The translations under genes were made by a program, and so were the position numbers. The notes beneath the pieces are model-generated. The model worked only from the letters and a program-made list of their open reading frames with translations. It had not been told where the DNA came from and made no database searches. A DNA stretch of 64,000 bases, from positions 40,470-104,469 of the forward strand of contig JABWCP010000006.1 in NCBI GenBank assembly GCA_013360215.1, in the 5' to 3' direction. Position 1 is the first letter of the stretch. Each line of letters opens with the position of its first letter. Positions 59,461 through 64,000 of this stretch are shown piece after piece. This DNA comes from a bacterium (GTDB lineage: Bacteria; CLD3; SB21).

Positions 59461-59532
59461 TATTGAATATATATACTTGATTTAATAACCTAACCAACAG
59501 CGCGTACTATTTCAAGGTTTAAATAGGAATTT

Positions 59533-61401
59533 ATGTATATACGATCGCTTCAAATACGCGATTTTATGGGTTTTTCGGTGTATCGGACCGAATTCAAAGA
59601 GGGATTTTCCGCTTTGATGATGGGCCCGTCCCAAGGAAAAACCGGTTTGCGAATGGCCATGCGCGCTGTACTCACGGATCATTTTGATCGCAATTTTGCC
59701 TTGTTTCACCGTAATCATTCCGATACGTCTGAAATCAATTTGGAGTTGTATTGCGGAAAGAGTGCCTTAAGATTTAATAAGAATTGGACCGGCGGTGCTG
59801 TACAACAATGGACTGTAGAAAATCCGGATGCCGGCACGGTTTTAGACCTTACAAACCAGGGAACGTATGATGATTGGGCGCGATGGCTTTTGTATGAAAC
59901 GCAAGGTTGGCCGGTGAGCGAACATGATGGTGAGACTGTTTTGCACAATGAATGGGCGCGTGAACAGTACGATTTTTTGATGCGCCTTATTTTCTGTGAT
60001 GAAACGACTATGGCTGATCTCATGACGATGCCGATTTCTTCGTTGGTAGGCCTTCGGTATGTACAGAATATGGAAGTGCGATTAAATGAATTGATACAAA
60101 AAGCGTCAGAAAAAGTATTTATTCTCAAATCGGAAGAAAACCTCGTCCAAAACGAACTGTCATTATTAGAACAAAAGCGACAAATGGTTTTAGTGTTGGA
60201 AAAGGATTTGGAAAGCGATACCGAATTACTTCAAAAATTGGACGAAAGACTGATTCAAACGCAACACGATCGCGTACAAGCCGAGCGCATCACCGGCTAT
60301 ATTCAGGAAAAGCGCAGCGAAATTACCAAACTAGGTTTTGAAATTACGACGTATCAAAACGTCATGCAAAACAACGTATTGCAAGATACGTCGGAAGAAG
60401 AAATACGTACGCTGGATCGTAAAGCGCGGTTATATGAAAAAGCCCTTAAAGAAATAGAAACCATCGAAGAAAACATCATACAACGACGGCACTTAGAAAA
60501 AAATCTCGAAGGCATCGAGCAGGAGATACAGGTCATAGATCGCACGCATACGGGCAAATTACCTCCGGAAATAAAAACGCAAAAAAAAGCGTACGAGTCC
60601 GAAGCGCGTCGTTTGCGTTTGTTGTTGTCCAAAATGCAGGATGATCCTTCTTCGATGGAGCATTGGCAAACTGAAAAACGCACGCATGAAGAAGCGTATC
60701 ATCAATATACGATTCTCAAAAAAACGCGCCAGTACATGAACCAAAATAATCTGCAAAAGTTGAAATCAACGACTGAAAAATTGATCGTGAAGCGCCAACA
60801 AATGCAAGATGAACTGGATCAGATATTTGCATCGCAGCACGAAACTCAATATCAGAAACTGGAAGCGGCCGTTGCATCGGATCGCCAGCAAGCGCTCGAA
60901 CTGAAAGAGCGGATGGCTGCGGCCGTTGCAAGAAAAGAAAAGTTACAGCAGGAGATACAAGCGCTTCAACTTGTCGTAGATAAGCATCTTTCGCGGGCCG
61001 ATCAGAAACGTCGGGAAATCACATCAAAACGGCATTTACTTTTTGTTCGCGAGACGGTTATGGATTTTTATAACGCGCAAATCGAGCTTCGAAAAAACGA
61101 ACTGAGTCGTCAGATTAAAACGCATTTAAAGAAATTTCGAGTTGAATTTACAAATAAACAGCTGTTCGGAAAAAACAAAACGAATGAAGCTTCGCATGAA
61201 ACGATACCGATATCCTCATCAGAGCGGGCTCTATCTCAGCATATTCTTGCTATGACAGTCTTGGCTATGAATTTAAAAAGTCCTCTTTTTTTTGCTGATG
61301 AGAACTTTTCGTGGTATCTGACGAAAGAAGATCGTACGGAGATCGAAACATTGGCCGATCAATTAAAGTTTGGTCAATTCATGTTCTTCGAAAAAAATTA
61401 A
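59533..61401 (+). CDS. SMC/SbcC-like coiled-coil protein with degenerate ATPase motifs
   Basis: MYIRSLQIRDF N-terminus, GPSQGKT, long coiled coil, ISSSER, FFADE. Confidence 0.65.
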   Translation: MYIRSLQIRDFMGFSVYRTEFKEGFSALMMGPSQGKTGLRMAMRAVLTDHFDRNFALFHRNHSDTSEINLELYCGKSALRFNKNWTGGAVQQWTVENPDAGTVLDLTNQGTYDDWARWLLYETQGWPVSEHDGETVLHNEWAREQYDFLMRLIFCDETTMADLMTMPISSLVGLRYVQNMEVRLNELIQKASEKVFILKSEENLVQNELSLLEQKRQMVLVLEKDLESDTELLQKLDERLIQTQHDRVQAERITGYIQEKRSEITKLGFEITTYQNVMQNNVLQDTSEEEIRTLDRKARLYEKALKEIETIEENIIQRRHLEKNLEGIEQEIQVIDRTHTGKLPPEIKTQKKAYESEARRLRLLLSKMQDDPSSMEHWQTEKRTHEEAYHQYTILKKTRQYMNQNNLQKLKSTTEKLIVKRQQMQDELDQIFASQHETQYQKLEAAVASDRQQALELKERMAAAVARKEKLQQEIQALQLVVDKHLSRADQKRREITSKRHLLFVRETVMDFYNAQIELRKNELSRQIKTHLKKFRVEFTNKQLFGKNKTNEASHETIPISSSERALSQHILAMTVLAMNLKSPLFFADENFSWYLTKEDRTEIETLADQLKFGQFMFFEKN

Positions 61402-61691
61402 AACTCTATATCGCCCACAATGACCGATTCGCGTATCGGCGCGACGAGTTCCTTAACGACCCTCAGATGTTCAGGATGATCGGCATAAATTTGCAAATCT
61501 TCCTTATTTTTAAAACGACTCGTAAGCATAATATCGTGCCCTTGGCGACGTTCGGAAAAATTAGGCCGCGCATGAATTTCAATGACTTGCGGTATTCGAT
61601 GTTTCAGATCTTCCAAAGCAGCGCACATGTTTTCGATAGCGGTAGTATCTGCACCCGGTTTAAGTTTGAATAAAACGATGTGATCAATCAC
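61398..61691 (-). CDS. Dabb-family stress-responsive alpha/beta barrel protein
   Basis: MIDHIVLFKLK...YADHPEH. Confidence 0.88.
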   Translation of the reverse strand: MIDHIVLFKLKPGADTTAIENMCAALEDLKHRIPQVIEIHARPNFSERRQGHDIMLTSRFKNKEDLQIYADHPEHLRVVKELVAPIRESVIVGDIEF

Positions 61692-61705
61692 GGTATCCTC
61701 CTTGT

Positions 61706-63157
61706 TTAAAAAGCAAATTCTAATGCGCGTTTGGCAGTAAAATAACGGTTATAGATGTAGGTTGATTTGGCCTCAATCTCTATTTTATATATTCCTGAAG
61801 GTGCTAATTGTTCGGTCATAGCGGGTTGTTTGCCTTGTGAAGAATCGGACTTATTTTGTTCGCGAAATTGTAAAATGTCCCGCAACGGGCTGTTGGATTT
61901 ATATGCTCTGTTCCACTGTAGCGTTTTGATTCCCGGCGATGTCATGCTATTACGGGCAAGTGTAGCGACAAGTTTTCCTTTTTCATCCACGATGCGGGCC
62001 GTAAGACGGGATGTTTCCGGTAAATAAAACGAAAATACTAACTGACTATCCTTGAGCGCGACATTGAGATTCTGTATGTCTGTTCCGATATGATAATATT
62101 GTGCGCTGATTTTATCGGCGATAAATACCTGACCAAATTTTTTTCCTATGGCGATGGCACGAGGTTCTATAAATTGATTTTCTCCGTCACCGGGTGAACC
62201 GAAAGTGCCCATATAACGAAGATCACGATCAAACTTATGAATAACATGGTTTTCTGCGTCGGTAACCCACACATTATTAAAACCGTCAATAGCTACCGAT
62301 GTCAGATTGACTTTGTCGAAGCCATATTCTGATGAAACCACGCCCATTTGAAAATGTCCATCGAATCCTAATTTTTGAATGCGTGTGCCATCCATGTCAA
62401 CGACGATAAAAAAGTGGTCTTGTGTGAAATTATCCGGGTCACTGCCATCTGACACGGCAATGGCATCGGGACGATACAGTGACAATGTACCGGAAGCGTC
62501 AGCCGCATTGTCCCAAATCTGACACGGAATGAGGTTGGAATCTAATACCTGAATACGATCATTTTTATAGTCGGTCACGTAGACTTGATTTTTTTGATCT
62601 ACGGCTACGCCGCGCGGTTCATCATATTCGCCGGATTTGCTTCCTTTTTTTCCTGAAGCTTTGACGAAAAGCAAATATCCTCCGGGATTCTTTAGTTTGA
62701 CGATACGATTATTACCGGTATCGGATATATAAACATCACCATCACTATTGCAAGCGATGCCACGCGGACGTTTGAGTTTTTGCTGAGGACCTTTGCCTTC
62801 ATACACGTCTAAGCCCTGCATAGAGCTGTTGAAGATGATATTATTCTGACCGGAATTGACACCGTAAGCCGTGAGATCATCGTCGTCATTACGATTATCG
62901 GGATCGTCGGTAGATTTTAAGCGGGTAACGGCCAAACCGCGAGGATCCGAAGGCGTGATGTCAGAGCGTCCTATCAATGCCATAAATGCAAATAAATGAA
63001 CTGCCGTGGCTTTGTGAATCGGTGCGTGATTAGCGGGAGGATATACCAGAAGAGATTCTGATTTTCGAATACGTGGTTTTGTGTCTTCCGCAAGATCTTG
63101 AGATCGGCCAAACGAAGTAACAAAGAAAAACAAAATAATTAAAAAGTAATGTTTCAT
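61706..63157 (-). CDS. Exported NHL-repeat beta-propeller protein
   Basis: PRGIA...VYISDTGNNRI and PRGVAV...VYVTDYKNDRIQ repeats; signal peptide. Confidence 0.88.
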   Translation of the reverse strand: MKHYFLIILFFFVTSFGRSQDLAEDTKPRIRKSESLLVYPPANHAPIHKATAVHLFAFMALIGRSDITPSDPRGLAVTRLKSTDDPDNRNDDDDLTAYGVNSGQNNIIFNSSMQGLDVYEGKGPQQKLKRPRGIACNSDGDVYISDTGNNRIVKLKNPGGYLLFVKASGKKGSKSGEYDEPRGVAVDQKNQVYVTDYKNDRIQVLDSNLIPCQIWDNAADASGTLSLYRPDAIAVSDGSDPDNFTQDHFFIVVDMDGTRIQKLGFDGHFQMGVVSSEYGFDKVNLTSVAIDGFNNVWVTDAENHVIHKFDRDLRYMGTFGSPGDGENQFIEPRAIAIGKKFGQVFIADKISAQYYHIGTDIQNLNVALKDSQLVFSFYLPETSRLTARIVDEKGKLVATLARNSMTSPGIKTLQWNRAYKSNSPLRDILQFREQNKSDSSQGKQPAMTEQLAPSGIYKIEIEAKSTYIYNRYFTAKRALEFAF

Positions 63158-64000
63158 TATTGCCCCTCGATGGCTTGTAACGCCGATTCGATGGCATACC
63201 GTACATCGGAATTATTAGTCTTGCCGAGGCTTTGTTGCAAAACGGTTTTTGCAGAGCGTGCATCCGGGCCGATCTTACCTAGTATTTCAGCGATGCTGTA
63301 CATAAGTCCGCCGTCCTGATCGGTTAATGATTGCAATTTGGATGTGAGCTTGGGTACGGCCGATTTTCCTATTTGTACAAGCGCTGTTTTAGCATTATCC
63401 GAAAACCGGTAATCGTAACTCATAAGCGAAGCCATCATAAAATCAATTGCCGCAGGATCCGAAGTTTTCAGATGCCCTAAGGTGACTATTGCCGATGATT
63501 GCATTTCAGTCAGCGTTTCTTTGTGTTCCAAATTTCGTTTGGAGAATATTGCGATAAGTTGCGATTCCAAAGGCTTAGGCTGCATTCCCATTTTTTCAAT
63601 CATCAACAATGTTTGCAACTGCTCATCCCAATTATCTTTACCGCTAAGTATTACTTTGGCTTCGTCCATGGTAGGTATAATGCCGGGTACGGCAATGTCA
63701 TACCACAAACAGAAATCAATGCGTTCGTCTTTTTGACTTTTGTAAGGAGTTTTTGGTGCATTGGCGGCAATGCGTTCGGACGTTTTATTTGCAAAGTATT
63801 TCAAATCCGATTCGGGAAATACAGCGGTTATTTCTTTGTTTCGCTCTGCATTGGTGGTCAAGCGAAATTGACGGATGAAATCAAAAAGGCGATCGGCTAT
63901 ATCGTCCGAGGCATCGAAACGGTGAAAATATTCGCTGAGCCAATCCAATGCTTGGCGCTTATTTTCAGCCGTGGGCGAAGTTTGATACAGGCGATTGAGC
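63157..64000 (-). CDS. HEAT-repeat protein, 5'-truncated by window edge
   Basis: ALVQIGKSAVPKL, AEILGKIGPDA, VRYAIESAL; frame is open to the edge. Confidence 0.8.
   Translation of the reverse strand, partial: LNRLYQTSPTAENKRQALDWLSEYFHRFDASDDIADRLFDFIRQFRLTTNAERNKEITAVFPESDLKYFANKTSERIAANAPKTPYKSQKDERIDFCLWYDIAVPGIIPTMDEAKVILSGKDNWDEQLQTLLMIEKMGMQPKPLESQLIAIFSKRNLEHKETLTEMQSSAIVTLGHLKTSDPAAIDFMMASLMSYDYRFSDNAKTALVQIGKSAVPKLTSKLQSLTDQDGGLMYSIAEILGKIGPDARSAKTVLQQSLGKTNNSDVRYAIESALQAIEGQ

Overview
Chromosomal 64-kb window, probably from a Gram-negative FCB-group bacterium (inferred from two proteins with YPNP-type C-terminal sorting domains, lipoproteins and beta-barrel proteins). Genes at both edges are cut off. 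The core-like content is an ACE-like M2 peptidase, a two-component system divergent from an ABC-exporter operon, moeB/thiolase/ClpX-like genes, an amidohydrolase pair, photolyase, a UbiD-family enzyme, ymdB, hbd, pyk and der. Three accessory loci stand out. (1) An ~18.5-kb island with no recognisable integrase (20.3-38.8 kb), bounded by a 73-bp direct repeat of the amidohydrolase 3' end. It encodes a membrane-anchored TPR-CHAT (caspase-like) protease, a putative anti-sigma and an ECF sigma factor. It also holds a nested two-gene cassette flanked by a duplicated sigma 5' end, two Mor-like HTH paralogs each beside a ~30-aa membrane ORF, a CsgG-like protein, a phage-fibre-like secreted protein and a propeller sensor kinase/NarL pair. 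(2) A porin plus multiheme cytochrome cluster (6-, 12- and 1-heme proteins) whose two promoters share a palindromic operator. (3) An operon of two compact MauG-like diheme lipoproteins, a porin and a cupredoxin. No tRNA, rRNA, CRISPR array, transposase or reverse transcriptase was recognised. All family calls come from reading motifs by eye, not from database searches.
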